DNA from: Macrostomum hystrix
Lineage: Eukaryota; Animalia; Platyhelminthes
Length of the DNA stretch: 64,000 nucleotides
Assembly (NCBI GenBank): GCA_950097015.1
Contig: CATNEN010000038.1
Location: 33,666,001-33,730,000 of the forward strand
Direction: 5' to 3'
Of this stretch, positions 21,142 through 34,800 are shown in pieces. A program made the position numbers and the translations under genes. Below the pieces are notes generated by a model, which saw only the letters and a list, made by a program, of their open reading frames with translations, was not told the DNA's origin and ran no database searches. The stretch's first letter is position 1. Each line of letters starts with the position of its first letter.

Positions 21142-21390
21142 CGTCAAGATATTCAGTGATTCTAGTCGGAGGCCCCGGTGACAAGGACAGCTAACATTGC
21201 TCTGTGTAAAGCTCGATGATGAATCCATATTGGTTCAAAAATGATAAGATTAGCTATTTAATCAATCAAAATAGTGAGCATTAATACCCGACATGGTTCC
21301 ATGATGGAATTTTGTGAGCAGAAAATTTTGTTTGTATTGGTGCTTTTTGTCACCAGAAAACACTGCCGAGAATCGTTGAATATCTGGACG
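21142..21390. mobile_element. Possible MITE with imperfect terminal inverted repeats
   Basis: cgtcaagatattcagtgattct (21142) matches the reverse complement of agaatcgttgaatatctggacg (ending 21390) at 19/22; a related motif occurs at ~22368. Confidence 0.45.
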
Positions 21391-22014
21391 ATGTCGATGT
21401 TATGTGATTCTGGAAGTTGTATAATCGGATAAAGCGGAAAATGTTAGCCCAATGTTTTCAGGCTCAGTTTTTGTTTATTTAGCAGTTCTCTCAGAATTTC
21501 AAATCTCAAATAAATCGACAAGAAAATCAATTTAACTTTTGCTGGTTTTCTGTTTGTTTTTATTTTTAGTCAGTTTTTTTTCCCGATCGAAAGGCCAGCA
21601 TTTCACTGTTTTGCGTTTTTAACAAACATTTGGGCACCGTGTTTAAAAAGTGTTGATTTGTTTATTTCTCCATTGATTTCAACATTGATTTGATTTGATT
21701 GGCGACAAATGCTTGGCAAATCTAGTTTTCAAATCGATTATCGATTTAATTCACCTGATATAATTCTACCGCTAAATTCTGTGCGTACATAATATCGAAA
21801 ATCGATCAGCAAATATCAATTAATTATTGATTATATCCAGCGTCAGAAGCAACTATCACATGCTAGCATAAAACAAGTTTAAGAGGCTGGGTTTTTTCTG
21901 GTGTCATAAACGGTGATCGTTTTTTCTTGGAAACAGATCCAGAACTCTTGTTTGGTATTTGTAGCGTACGTCGTAGCATGTTGCTCCAACGAATATTGGA
22001 GTTGTAGCTATGTG

Positions 22015-22323
22015 GACTGTGGCAATGGCACACCATTTGGTGACACTAGACCCGCAGCCAGCGAGGCAATTCTGCTCATTTCGCTGACTCCTGAGCACAC
22101 ATGCACACAGGTTTGTACATCTGCCCTGACTTTCTCATCGTCAGGCAGTGTACACTCTCACTGTGCCTTGGATGTTGGCCCTCAAGGGCGTAAATTACAC
22201 GACAAGCCCCCCAAGCCTTCTCTCCGCGGCTGCGCATGAATGTGGCCTCGCTGCGGAATCGATCTCAGGGACCTTGGTGCGAGAGTCAAATGCATTAACC
22301 GCTCTGCCACTCAACCCCTGCCC
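22015..22323 (-). mobile_element. tRNA-derived SINE, family A (copy 1)
   Basis: Reverse-complement match to 28918-29295, including the tRNA-like head. Confidence 0.85.
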
Positions 22324-22800
22324 TTTAAGATGAACCAACTTTCACGTCAGCCGTCCGACGTCAGCATCGTCAAGATATTCATCGATTTTTGTCCTTGTTG
22401 TTGACGGATAAACCTGTGATTTTCATTGCGCTTGCTTAAATATATTAAGAGATATAGAAAAAAGGAACTTTGAGTATTTGAAATACCCCTGTGCTCTTTC
22501 TACTGCTCAAAGTGCCTAAAACAAGCAGCCAATGAACCACTATCAGCAGACGGCAATGTCGACAGTTTAATTTTTTGCGCATCAAATCAGGTGCTTTGAA
22601 AGCAGTTTGACAATTGATAATAATATTTTTGGTTATTTCTGATTTGAGCTAGATTTTTTTATAATTTATAGAATCCTTTTAAATCAGCAAAACGATTTCG
22701 CAAACGCCTTTTAGGGGGTCTAGTTGTGTAAATTAGTATAAAATTCCCACTACTCTACTTATAGTAGATAACTAACGAGTTTTTCGCCCCAAATCTGCAG

Positions 22801-25800
22801 GAAGTAGAAAATCTGGAGTTGGCTAATTCATCAACGGCGGATCAATCCACTGGTGTCGCCGCTGTTGAAGAAGTGAAAATTAACATGCCTCGGGCTGATT
22901 CCGCTGAAGTCCCAGACGGTCCAGCGCGTCGATCAGATGAGCACTCGATGCTGCTGGCTGCTGTGCTGCTAGCCGACAGTGTCATCGGGCGTAACATGCC
23001 GTTTAAAACCGACCTGAAGTCGCTAAGGTTAGAAAAGGGAAAACTCTAGGCATTTCTATCCCATCAGTTATTTTAACTAATTTATATTTAATCCTCACAA
23101 TAACAAACCTCAGGTCCTATCAACTGTACTGTCACTGGATAATGACCGCCATTTTCTACATTTTCATTATTGTTGACCTGTTCGTCATCGTTATGGAACG
23201 ACCGAGCATTCCAGCCATGGCCGATGTGCCAGTCTGGGTTAGTCTATCGCCTCACCTGACAGGCTGATGCCTCACCTGACAGACTGATACCTCACCTGAC
23301 AGACTGATGCCTCACCTGACAGACTGATGCCTCACCTGACAGACTGATGCCTCACCTGACAGACTGATACCTCACCTGATAGACTGATACCTCACCTGAC
23401 AGACTGATGCCTCACCTGACAGACTGATGCCTCACCTGACAGACTGATGCCTCACCTGACAGACTGATGCCTCACCTGACAGACTGATACCTCACCTGAC
23501 AGACTGATGCCTCACCTGACAGACTGATGCCTCACCTGACAGACTGATGCCTCACCTGACAGACTGATGCCTCACCTGACAGACTGATACCTCACCTGAC
23601 AGACTGATGCCTCACCTGACAGACTGATACCTCACCTGACAGACTGATACCTCACCTGACAGACTGATACCTCACCTGACAGACTGATGCCTCACCTGAC
23701 AAACTGATACCTCACCTGACAGACTGATACCTCACCTGACAGACTGATGCCTCACCTGACAGACTGATACCTCACCTGACAGACTGATAACTCACCTGAT
23801 ACCTCACCTGACAGACTGATACCTCACCTGACAGACTGATAGCTCATCTGATACCTCACCTGACAGACTGATAGCTCACCTGATACCTCACCTGACAGAC
23901 TGATAGCTCACCTGATACCTCACCTGACAGACTGATAGCTCACCTGATACCTCACCTGACAGACTGATGCCTCACCTGATACCTCACCTGACAGACTGAT
24001 GCCTCACCTGATACCTCACCTGACAGACTGATGCCTCACCTGATACCTCACCTGACAGACTGATGCCTCACCTGATACCTCACCTGACAGACTGATGCCT
24101 CACCTGATACCTCACCTGACAGACTGATGCCTCACCTGATACCTCACCTGACAGACCTGACATGACACCCCAACCTGGCAGACTGACACGCCTAATTGAC
24201 ACACGAACTCCCAAAATTCGTTTAGATCCCGCTGGTTATTGAGTGCAGCTGTATCGGGTTCTTTGCCTTCCGCATCTGGTGGTATTTTTCAATTACGGAG
24301 GTTTCGCAATTTTTCCGCGATATAAAAAATATTGTAGTCCTAGTTTGCATTGCGGTGAGTGTGTTCTATTGTTATAACGGTTTTAAAGATTAGTTTATAA
24401 GATTATGCAATAACTTTTTAACTTTTCTCAGCTAAACATAGTCGACATTCTCTGCTTCTTAATCTGGTTGGCAATTTCTGGCAGCCCCGACGCGCCAGTG
24501 AGATTTTTTCGAATCTTGCGACCGCTTTACATGATCAACTTTCCCGAGGGCAAACAGGTGAGTGATGTGTAATTAAGCATCTAACTGCATATTTGCCTTT
24601 CCTGCCTCTCTATTTGTCTACCTTTCTACCTACCTGTCCGTCTAACTTTCTACCTACCAGTCTGTCTAACTTTCTACCTACTAGTCTACCTTTCTACCTA
24701 CTAGTCTACCTTTCTACCTACTAGTCTACCTTTCTACCTACCAGTCTGTCTAACTTTCTATTTACCTACTAGTCTACCTTTCTACCTACCTGTCTGTCTA
24801 ACTTTCTACCTACTAGTCTACCTTTCTACCTACCTGTCTGTCTAACTTTCTACCTACTAGTCTACCTTTCTACCTACCTGTCTGTCTAACTTTCTACCTA
24901 CTAGTCTACCTTTCTACCTACCTGTCTGTCTAACTTTCTACCTACCAAGTCTACCTTTCTACCTACCTGTCTGTCTAACTTTCTACCTACCAAGTCTACC
25001 TTTCTACCTACCTGTCTGTCTAACTTTCTACCTACTAGTCTACCTTTCTACCTACCTGTCTGTCTAACTTTCTACCTACCTATCTGTCTAACTTTCTATT
25101 TACCTATCTGTCTAACTTTCTACTTTTTGTCTACCGTTTTCCTATTTATCTACTTACAGTTTACCTCTGTACCTGCCTATGTATTTATCTTGTCTGTCAA
25201 GTGTGCCCAGTCTGCCAATTAATCTTCGCCTATGTTTTATTTTCAGATTCGGCGGGCGTTCAGAAATACGCGCAAGACGCTGGTGAAAATTGCCACAGTG
25301 TTTGTTCTGCTCGGCTTCTTGGTGGCCGTGTTCGCCCTGCTAGCTATGAAACTGTTCTCAGCTAGGTGCGAGTCTGCCTGCTTGAGTAGCTCTTGGAATA
25401 GATAGATTATAATGGAATGGAATTTGACAGAATGGAATAGAAGCAAATCTAGGACTTTTCATATGAATAGAACAAAATGGAATATTGCTCTAAATACATA
25501 ATATAAAATGGAAAATAATAGAATGGAATAGAACATAATGGAATAGAACCGAATGGAATAGAACAGAATGGAATAGAACAGAATGGAATAGAACAGAATG
25601 GAATAGAACAGAATGGAATAGAACCGAATGGAATAGAACCGAATGGAATAGAACCGAATGGAATAGAACCGAATGGAATAGAACCGAATGGAATAGAACC
25701 GAATGGAATAGAACAGAATGGAATAGTACAGATGAAATAGTACATAATGGAATAGTACAGAATGGAATAGAAGTGATTGAAAGAAAACGGAATAGAAGTA

Positions 25801-28800
25801 AACGAAGTTTTATGCTAGCTTCAATTATCAAATACGAGTACATTTAGTTACATAAGAATAGATTTGATAATCGCTGATTGCCATTTATCATGCACCTGTA
25901 CTATTAATTGCGTCTGTACTTTTACTTCTACAAGCAATTTCTGCCAGTGAAAATAGTCGCTAGTGGATGGCCCTGCAATTTTGTTTCTGTCCCTCTCAGA
26001 AATCAGTGTCATTTAATTTTCTGTCGTCTTTGCAAACAGCGAAAAACTGGAAAACTTCTGCTTAAAATTTTTGCACCTGATCACACTATTTCACACCATT
26101 TCAATTTTAACAGCAGCAGAAAATTGAGATCCACGTTTCCCGTAGTAAACTCTAGCGTCTCATTTTTCCTATCAGGGTGTCTCGAACGTTGCGCTATCCG
26201 AATGGCGCGCCCTACTTTGAGAACTACATCGACTCCGTCTGGGATCTGTATGTGCTCATCACTACCGCCAACAGCCCGGATGTGATGTGAGCTGACCCGC
26301 CTGCGACCCGGACAATACTGGGACATTGTGAATGCGGGGGATAGTTTTAAACTACCTGAGCTGCTATGTTCTCCTTTCACTCCATATCCTCTCGTCTCCT
26401 CTCCTCTCCTCCCCTCTCCACTCCTCTCCTCTCCTCCTTCTCCTCTCCTCTCCTCCCCTCTCCTCTCCTCTCCACTCCTCCCCTCTCCTCTCCTCCCCTC
26501 TCCTCTCCTCCCCTCTCCTCTCCTCTCCACTCCTCCCCTCTCCTCCCTTTCCTCTCCTCTCCTCTCCTCTCCTCCCCTCTCCTCTCCTCTCCTCCCTCTC
26601 CTCTCCTCTCCTCCCCTCCCCTCTCCTCTCCTCCCCTCTCCTCACCTCTCCACTCCTCTCCTCTCCTCCCTCTCCTCTCCTCTCCTCCCCTCCACTCTCC
26701 TCTCCTCCCCTCTCCTCACCTCTCCTCCCCTCTCCTCTCCTCCCCTCTCCTCTCCCCTTCTATCCTATCCTTTACTCTCCTGTTCTATCCTCTCCTATCT
26801 TCTATTCTCCTGTCCTATCCTATCCTCTACTCTCCTGTCCTCTCCTCTCCTGTCCTCTTCTTTCCTCTCCTGTCCTCTCCTCTCATATCTTCCCCTCTCC
26901 TGTCCTCTCTGATAGTCTTCAGTCTCTAGTTTAGTCTTCTGTATTGAACAGGCTGCTCGCGCACACTAGCTGACAGCTGACAACAAAGCGAAAAGAATAA
27001 TCTCGACTACTTTCAGGATGCCTTCCTATGACGCCAACGGTTTCTACATTATTTTCTTCTTCGCTTTTGTGGTTGTCTGCAACTACATATTCATGAGCAT
27101 CTTTCTGGCCGTGATCTACAATAACTACAAAAAGTATCTAAAGGTTAGTACATTATTGTACCTTATGCTACGGACCACCTCAGTTCCTGAAGGTCAGACC
27201 GCCTCAGTTCCTGAATGTCAGACCGCCTCAGTTCCTGAAGGTCAAACCGCCTCAGTTGCTGAAGGTCAGACCGACTCAGTTCCTGAAGGTCAGACCGACT
27301 CAGTTCCTGAAGGTCAGACCGCCTCAGTTCCTGAAGGTCAGACCGACTCAGTTCCTGAAGGTCAGACCGCCTCAGTTCCTGAAGGTCAGACCGCCTCAGC
27401 TCCTGAAGGTCAGACTGTCTCAGTTCCTGAAGTCAGACCGCCTCAGTTCCTGAAGTCAGACCGCCTCAGTTCCTGAAGGTCAGACCGCCTCAGTTCCTGA
27501 AGGTCAGACCGCCTCAGTTCCTGAAGGTCAGACTGTCTCAATTCCTGAATGTCAAATCAATACTCTCGTTGCACTTTTCAGAACGAGGTGCGGGTCAGTG
27601 TTCACACTAAACGTCAATTAATCGGCAAAGCGTTTGACTGCCTGAAGGTTGTCGTTCCGGACCATGGCGAGGTGGTAACCAAGGACTCCTGGTTCTGGCT
27701 CTTCAAAACCGTTTATCCCAACAAGAGCAAGGATTTAGCACTGCTGTTTCTCAATGTGCTCAATGGTGGAACTAACGAGTTTCTTAGTGAGAGCTCGACG
27801 TTTGCCTGAAATTTGGATTCTCAAAATTCCCAATCTGAAATTTAGGATTCACAAGCTGAAATTAGGATTCATATTCTTAAATTTAGAATTCACAATAAAA
27901 AATTTGGATTCGCAATCCGAAATTTGTATCATGATCTGAAATTGGGATTCACAATCCTAAATGCAGGATTCACAATGTTAAATTTGGATTCCCAATCCTA
28001 AATGCAGGATTCACAATCTTAAATTAGGATTCACAATCTAAAACTAGAATTCACAATCTTAAATTGGGATTTACAATCTAAATTAGGATTCAAAATCTTA
28101 AATTAGGATTCACAATCTTAAATTAGGATTCACGATCTTAAATTAGGATTCATAATCTTAAACTAGGATTCATAATCTAAAATTAGGATTTACAATCTAA
28201 AATTAGGATTCACAATCTTAAATTAGGATTCTCAATCTTAAATTAGGATTCACGATCTTAAATTAGGATTCATAATCTTAAACTAGGATTCATAATCTAA
28301 AATTAGGATTTACAATCTAAAATTAGGATTCACAATCTTAAATTAGGATTCGCAATCTTAAATTAGGATTCACGATCTTAAATTAGGATTCATAATCTTA
28401 AACTAGGATTCATAATCTAAAATTAGGATTTACAATCTAAAATTAGGATTAAGCATATTTCATCGGTTTTAACTCGCATTTTAGCTCGTGGGTAGGATTA
28501 AAAATATCAAAATCAGGATCTAAAATTTGCTGTTATCATTGGATTTACTGTTCAACTTTGTGTTTTTCTTCTGTTCTTATTATTCGTTATTCACAATGGA
28601 ATACAAAATTTCAATTAATTTATTCCTAAATCAAAACTCCTTAGCCAAGTCGCAGTTCACACGTTTGCCGGATCTGCTGAACGTGGGCGTCTCTGAGCTG
28701 AAGGACCGCACCCTCCTGTTGGAGTCCTGGCTGCCGACAATTTACAATTCGCCTCCTAGTAAAATAATTATGCTTGTCGTCACGCACAGGTATGGCATAC

Positions 28801-31800
28801 ATTTTTGTTTGTACATTTATGAAGTTTAAGTATTGTAAAGCTGAAGTATAGCTGTTTCTGCGTAGTCAACCGATATGTATCGAAAAAATATATAATTATA
28901 TTTAGTCTAGTATGTCGGGCAGGGAGTCGGTGGCAGAGCGGTTAACGCGTTTGCCTGTCGCACCAAGGTCCCTAAGTTCGATTCCACGGCGAGGACACAT
29001 TCATTTGGGGCGCAGCCGCGGAGAGAAGGCTTGAGGGCTTGTCGTGCAATTTACGCCCTGTGCCTTACGCCAACCTCCAAGGCACAGTGAAGTGTACACT
29101 GCCTGACGATGAGAAAGTCAGGGCAGATGTACACACCTGTGTGAGCGTATGCCTGCGTACGGTATCTGTGTGCGTGTGTGCTCAGGAGTCAGCGAAATGG
29201 TAGAATTGCCTCCTCGCTGGTTGCGGGTCTAGTGTCACTAAATGATGTGTCATTGCCCGCAGCCCTCCTGCAATTATTATTATTATTATTATCATTATGT
29301 CGCGCTAGCCGATATGTATCGAAAAAATCGCTTTACTGATAACAGTGTCGAAACCCATTTAGAAACTACTTGTAGTTAAGTATGTAATCAGACGAAAACT
29401 ATTTAATTCGTTTAAAATACTATGATGCCATTTTAGATTTTTCAAATACTTTTTCGATCTGCTCATTGTGGTTAACGCCTTCCTGATAGCCTTCAGTGTT
29501 AATTTTACCGAGTGGTACTTTCTTGGCGCATTTGTTCTGGAGATTCTACTAAAATTATACGTCATGGGACCAAAGGCCTTCTTTCGTCGAGCGTGGAACA
29601 TGCAAGTGCTTAATGGGGTTGCCTTGATACAATGAGATTAAGGCGCCCTATTCTTGAAAACAAAGATCCCGGGTTCGAATTCGCAGCGGGAGAGCTTGTG
29701 AAAATTGGTTATCGAACTCGATTGAAAAAGTTAAATGAGATACTAACCCTGTACTGCTTCAGTGTTAAATGAGTACCGAGATTAGCTGGGGTAATTGAGG
29801 GTGATGGTGTGTCCCTTAAGTCCATGGACTGAACAGCCGTACACAGAATTCAGATGCGCCGCGCAATAGCTGCGGCTGTGCTGTCAGCTGCACATCTGGC
29901 CCAATTGGGGCAGGTTTATTTAGTTATTTTTCTTTTTCCTTCATGCATAATCTGAAGCTAAAATGTCTAATATTTTAGATTCGATTTTATTGTCATATTT
30001 TCGGCCCTGATAATTACATTCTTGGAGGAGGTGTCTAGTGAAAGTAAGTTTAAGAAAAAATGGACAAATGTTTAGCAGCTTTAAAAATAAAACTATGTCG
30101 CTAAAATTAATTGTTTATAGGGCGGCTTGAAGAGGGCACGTTGGACATCATTCTGGTGCTGCGAGTTATCAGACTGCTTCGCATCTTTGGACGTATTCAG
30201 AGGTAAAAAACGATATACATGAAAGGATACAGTAGGTGCTTTTTCAGGAATATCAGCCGGTACTAATAAAGATCATCTTCTTTATTGAGACTTGCAGAGA
30301 TTATTTACTGACTAAGATTTAACTAAATTAATAGTTAAACTTATATTGAATTTTTGTCTGGGCATAAGGGGGTTCAGATTGGCTAGTCTAGATATACTAA
30401 ACTTTATACTAAATAAAGTTTATAGCATTTTGCAGTCTAGTTTGGACAGCGGGCTTTTAAATTGGACGCAGGCCGCGGTCAGCTGGCCATCAAGCGCCCG
30501 CGAAATGGTAGAAATGTCAACGGTTGCGAGATCGCCATGAAATTCAGCCAGCAAGCGCGCACGCATTTGGTCCAAGGTCAGGAAGGGATTATCCTGAACA
30601 ATGGACACCAGGAAATCCCTCATCGGGGCAGTGAGCTTCCGCTGCTTTGCTCCACCTCTTGGCAAGGCGTATCGCCTGCCACCATTACGAAATGTGTTCC
30701 TTATGTTGTACGCTGTGCTTCGCTTTACTCCCAACATTCGGACAATGTCCTCAGGATTCTCACCACGTTGCCAGGCCTGGATCACGAGATCTCGCTTCTC
30801 TCTGGTGATCGTAGCGTAGTGTCCACGCTGCAAGCTAGCGCCTCGCTGTGTCCAAAATTTTTATTTTCTCGTCAGGGACACTGTAGTTTGTTGTTGTTTT
30901 TGTTGCTGTGTCCAAATTGCTGCCCGCTGTCCAATTTGAAATCCCGCGCCTGCGTGTCAGGTTGGGCTATAGACTGCAGTCAGGCTGCTGCGGCTGACTG
31001 CGGCCTGCGTCCAATTTAAAAGCCCGCTGTCCAAACTAGACTGCAAAATGCTATAGTATAAACTAAATAAAATATACTAAACACCGTAGACTTTCCCACA
31101 GGCGGCTAAAGCCACAGACGATACACGAGCTAGTCAGTAGGGTTTCGATATAGAAGTGTAAAATTCGACCGAGTGCCAATCAAATACCTCGGTGTGGGGT
31201 TAGGGTCGGCATGGGGGCTGAGATTTTAACACCCGGCGTAGGGTTAGACTGGTCCAATCAGAATGCGACAATGTGTAGTGAGCGTCCGACCTATGACTGA
31301 ATGCTTAAAATTGGCACAAATTTTACATGAATAAATTTACTAGTTAATAATAATTATCATAATTAATTACCTTTGTAGATTTCGAGTAATTTTGACAACA
31401 ATAGCTAACATTCGATCGCCGCTGTCAATTTATGCCGCCATCATTTGGGTGAGTCTAAAAGAAAAATGTTACATTAAGTTTTTGTAACAATAGCTCTTCT
31501 TAGCGTACCCTTAATCGCATCTCTATCGCTACTCGCATCGCTATTTTTGTCACTAATAATTATATACTCCTTAGATTCTCAGGAATTAAACTACAGTTCC
31601 CCTGACATTCTCAGGTATAAAACTACAGTTCTCCTCAGATTCTCAGGTGTCAAACTACAGCTCCCCTCAGATCCTCGGGAATTAAACTACAGTTCCCCTC
31701 AGATTCTCAGGTATAAAACTACAGTTCCCCTCAGATTCTCAGGTATAAAACTACAGTTCCCCTCAGATTCTCAGGTATAAAACTACAGTTCACCTCAGAT

Positions 31801-34800
31801 TCTCAGGTGTCAAACTACAGTTCCAATCCGATTCTCAGGTGTCAAACTACAGTTCCAATCCGATTCTCAGGTGTCAAACCACAGTATTACTCGGATCCTC
31901 AGCATATTATCCCCTTCAAATCATATCATTCCAAAAACTCGCAGGTACTGTACTACATGTACGGCGTGCTCGGCATGGAACTGTTCTCTGGGAAGATCAA
32001 ATCCGAAGTCTACAATCCCAACACCCCACAGTACTGCTTCAACAGGCAGCTGAATAACTCGGAGTTCTACAGGATGCGCTACTGTTCCAACAACTTCAAC
32101 GACCCAATGAGGGCTTGGGTGACACTGTTCCAGCTAACCATTGTCAACCAGTGGCACGGTGCGACTATTCACGGCCTGCAGGGATCATATCTCTCACGAT
32201 CTCCACCCCATTCCCCTCGCTCTCTTCCCCATACTTACTCTCTCTTCCCCATTCTTCTCTCTCTTCCCCATTCCTCCCTCCTTCCCCATTCCTCTCTCTC
32301 TCTTCCCCATTCCTCTCTCTCTTCCCCATTCCTCTCTCCTTCCCCATTCCTCCCTCCTTCCCCATTCCTCTCTCTCTCTTCCCCATTCCTCTCTCTCTTC
32401 CCCATTCCTCTCTCCTTCCCCATTCCTCCCTCCTTCCCCATTCCTCTCTCTCTCTTCCCCATTCCTCTCTCTCTTCCCCATTCCTCCCTCCTTCCCCATT
32501 CCTCTCTCTCTCTCTTCCCCATTCCTCCCTCCTTCCCCATTCCTCTCTCTCTCTCTTCCCCATTCCTCCCTCCTTCCCCATTCCTCTCTCTCTCTTCCCC
32601 ATTCCTCTCTCTCTCTTCCCCATTCCTCCCTCCTTCCCCATTCCTCCCTCCTTCCCCATTCCTCTCTCTCTCTTCCCCATTCCTCTCTCTCTCTTCCCCA
32701 TTCCTCTCTCTCTTCCCCATTCCTCCCTCCTTCCCCATTCCTCCCTCCTTCCCCATTCCTCTCTCTTCCCCTTTCCTCTCTCTCTCTTCCCCATTCCTCT
32801 CTCTTTTCCCCATTTCTCTCTCTCTCTTCCCCGTTCCTCTCGCTCTCTTCCCTATCCCTTTGTTTACCCATAGCTTGATTTGATTCGTGTATTTCAACAT
32901 TTTTTCAGTTTTTGGGGATTATATTTTCATCTCAACCTTTTACGCAATCGCTAGTCTAAGGTTATCGCAGATAAGAGTTGTTTATCAAATTAATAAGTCA
33001 GTTCTGTAGCTGCATTTCCAATTAAATTGTTGTCCCGCGCACACAGGCGGCGCAGCGTTTAGTTTTGCGTCTGCCGTGGGCTCATTTCGATTGGCCAATT
33101 TTCGCTGCTAATCGCCGCCGACGCCTTGTTTTAGTTTGAGCAGCTGCAGCTGTTCTCAGCTTTTATGGCAGAGCAATTTGCATCGCGCATCTGAAATCAA
33201 ATGCGCAACGCAAATTGTTCTGCTTTTTTATCGGCTGCCCCGAAGCCTGTTGAAAATGAATTGCTTAATTTTTCAATTCCATCTGCTTTTATCTGTGAGA
33301 TTCTTAGGCATGTAAGTTTTTCTTTTGATTTCAGTTTATTTCTGTGCTCATGTACTTCTGTGCCTTTGACCCATTTTTTATTCTGGTACTAATATATGGT
33401 TCTGTTCTCATATTCATTCCGCTGACTCCTGAGCACACACGCACACAGGTGTGTACATCTGCCCTGAATTTCTCATTGTCAGGCTGTGTACACTCTCACT
33501 GGCCCTCGAGAGCGCAAATTGCACGACAACCCCCCTGCGCCCCAAATGAATGTGGCCTCGCCGTGGAATCGAACTCAGGGACCTTGGTGCTTTATGCTTG
33601 ATGCTTGGACCTTTACAATTCTGTATTCTCTGTACTTCAGTATTTTCTCTATTGCAGTAATATTTGTATTTTAGATATTTTATTTAACTAGTTTGTCTAA
33701 TTCCGTACTGCAATATGTCCAGATCCATTAAATGTGTGTTTCAAAACCACAGAACAACCTAACCTCTTTGTAGTGATTACCGAGGGCTTTGTTCTGGTGA
33801 CTAACAAGGTGTCTAGACTGTATTTCATGAGCTTCCATCTCATCTGCGTGATTCTAGTGATTAAGTGAGTTTCTTTTTAGAAGCATGCAGTTTTACTACA
33901 AACACACTTAGCTAATATCTAACACCTTATATAACATAAAACACTATTGTGTAACATATATAGTAGTTCTCTAGCTCATCAGAATGTTTTAACACGCAAT
34001 GGTCACTGTCCAACACACTATGTAACTGTCTAACACACAATGGTACTGTCTAACACACAATGATACTTTCTAGCACACAATGGTACTGTCTAACACACAA
34101 TGGTACTGTCCAACACACAATGATACTTTCTAGCACACAATGGTACTGTCTAACACACAATGGTACTGTCCAACACACAATGATACTTTCTAGCACACAA
34201 TGGTACTGTCTAACACACCATGGTACTGTCTAGCACACAATGGTACTGTCTAACACACAATGGTACTGTCTAACACACAATGGTACTGTCTAACACACAA
34301 TGGTACTGTCCAACACACAATGATACTTTCTAGCACACAATGGTACTGTCTAACACACCATGGTACTGTCTAGCACACAATGGTACTGTCTAACACACAA
34401 TGGTACTGTCTAACACACAATGGTACTGTCTAACACACAATGGTACTGTCCAACACACAATGATACTTTCTAGCACACAATGGTACTGTCTAACACACCA
34501 TGGTACTGTCTAGCACACAATGGTACTGTCTAACACACAATGGTACTGTCTAACACACCATGGTACTGTCTAACACACCATGGTACTGTCTAACACACAA
34601 TCGTACTGTCTAACACACCATGGTACTGTCTAACACACAATCGTACTGTCTAACACACAATCGTAGTGTCTAACACACAATGGTACTGTCTAACACACCA
34701 TGGTACTGTCTAACACACAATGGTACTGTCTAACACACAATGGTACTGTCTAACACACAATGGTACTGTCTAACACACAATGGTACTGTCTAACACACAA

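Noticed and set aside
22500-22590. Candidate first coding exon of the TPC gene
   Set aside because: A possible donor at 22591 is in phase, but there is no in-frame ATG before an upstream stop, so it cannot be supported.
26081-26934. Pro/Ser/Leu-rich and Glu/Arg/Gly-rich ORFs (also 32115-32900)
   Set aside because: Artefacts of stop-free polypyrimidine tracts inside TPC introns.
27144-27476. In-frame extension of TPC exon 7 by VPEGQTAS repeats
   Set aside because: A canonical donor at 27144 and the in-phase next exon at 27582 restore the channel sequence; the repeat is intronic.
28918-28995. tRNA gene
   Set aside because: A and B boxes are present, but the sequence continues into a 300-bp body with a tail and recurs three times, so it is a SINE head.
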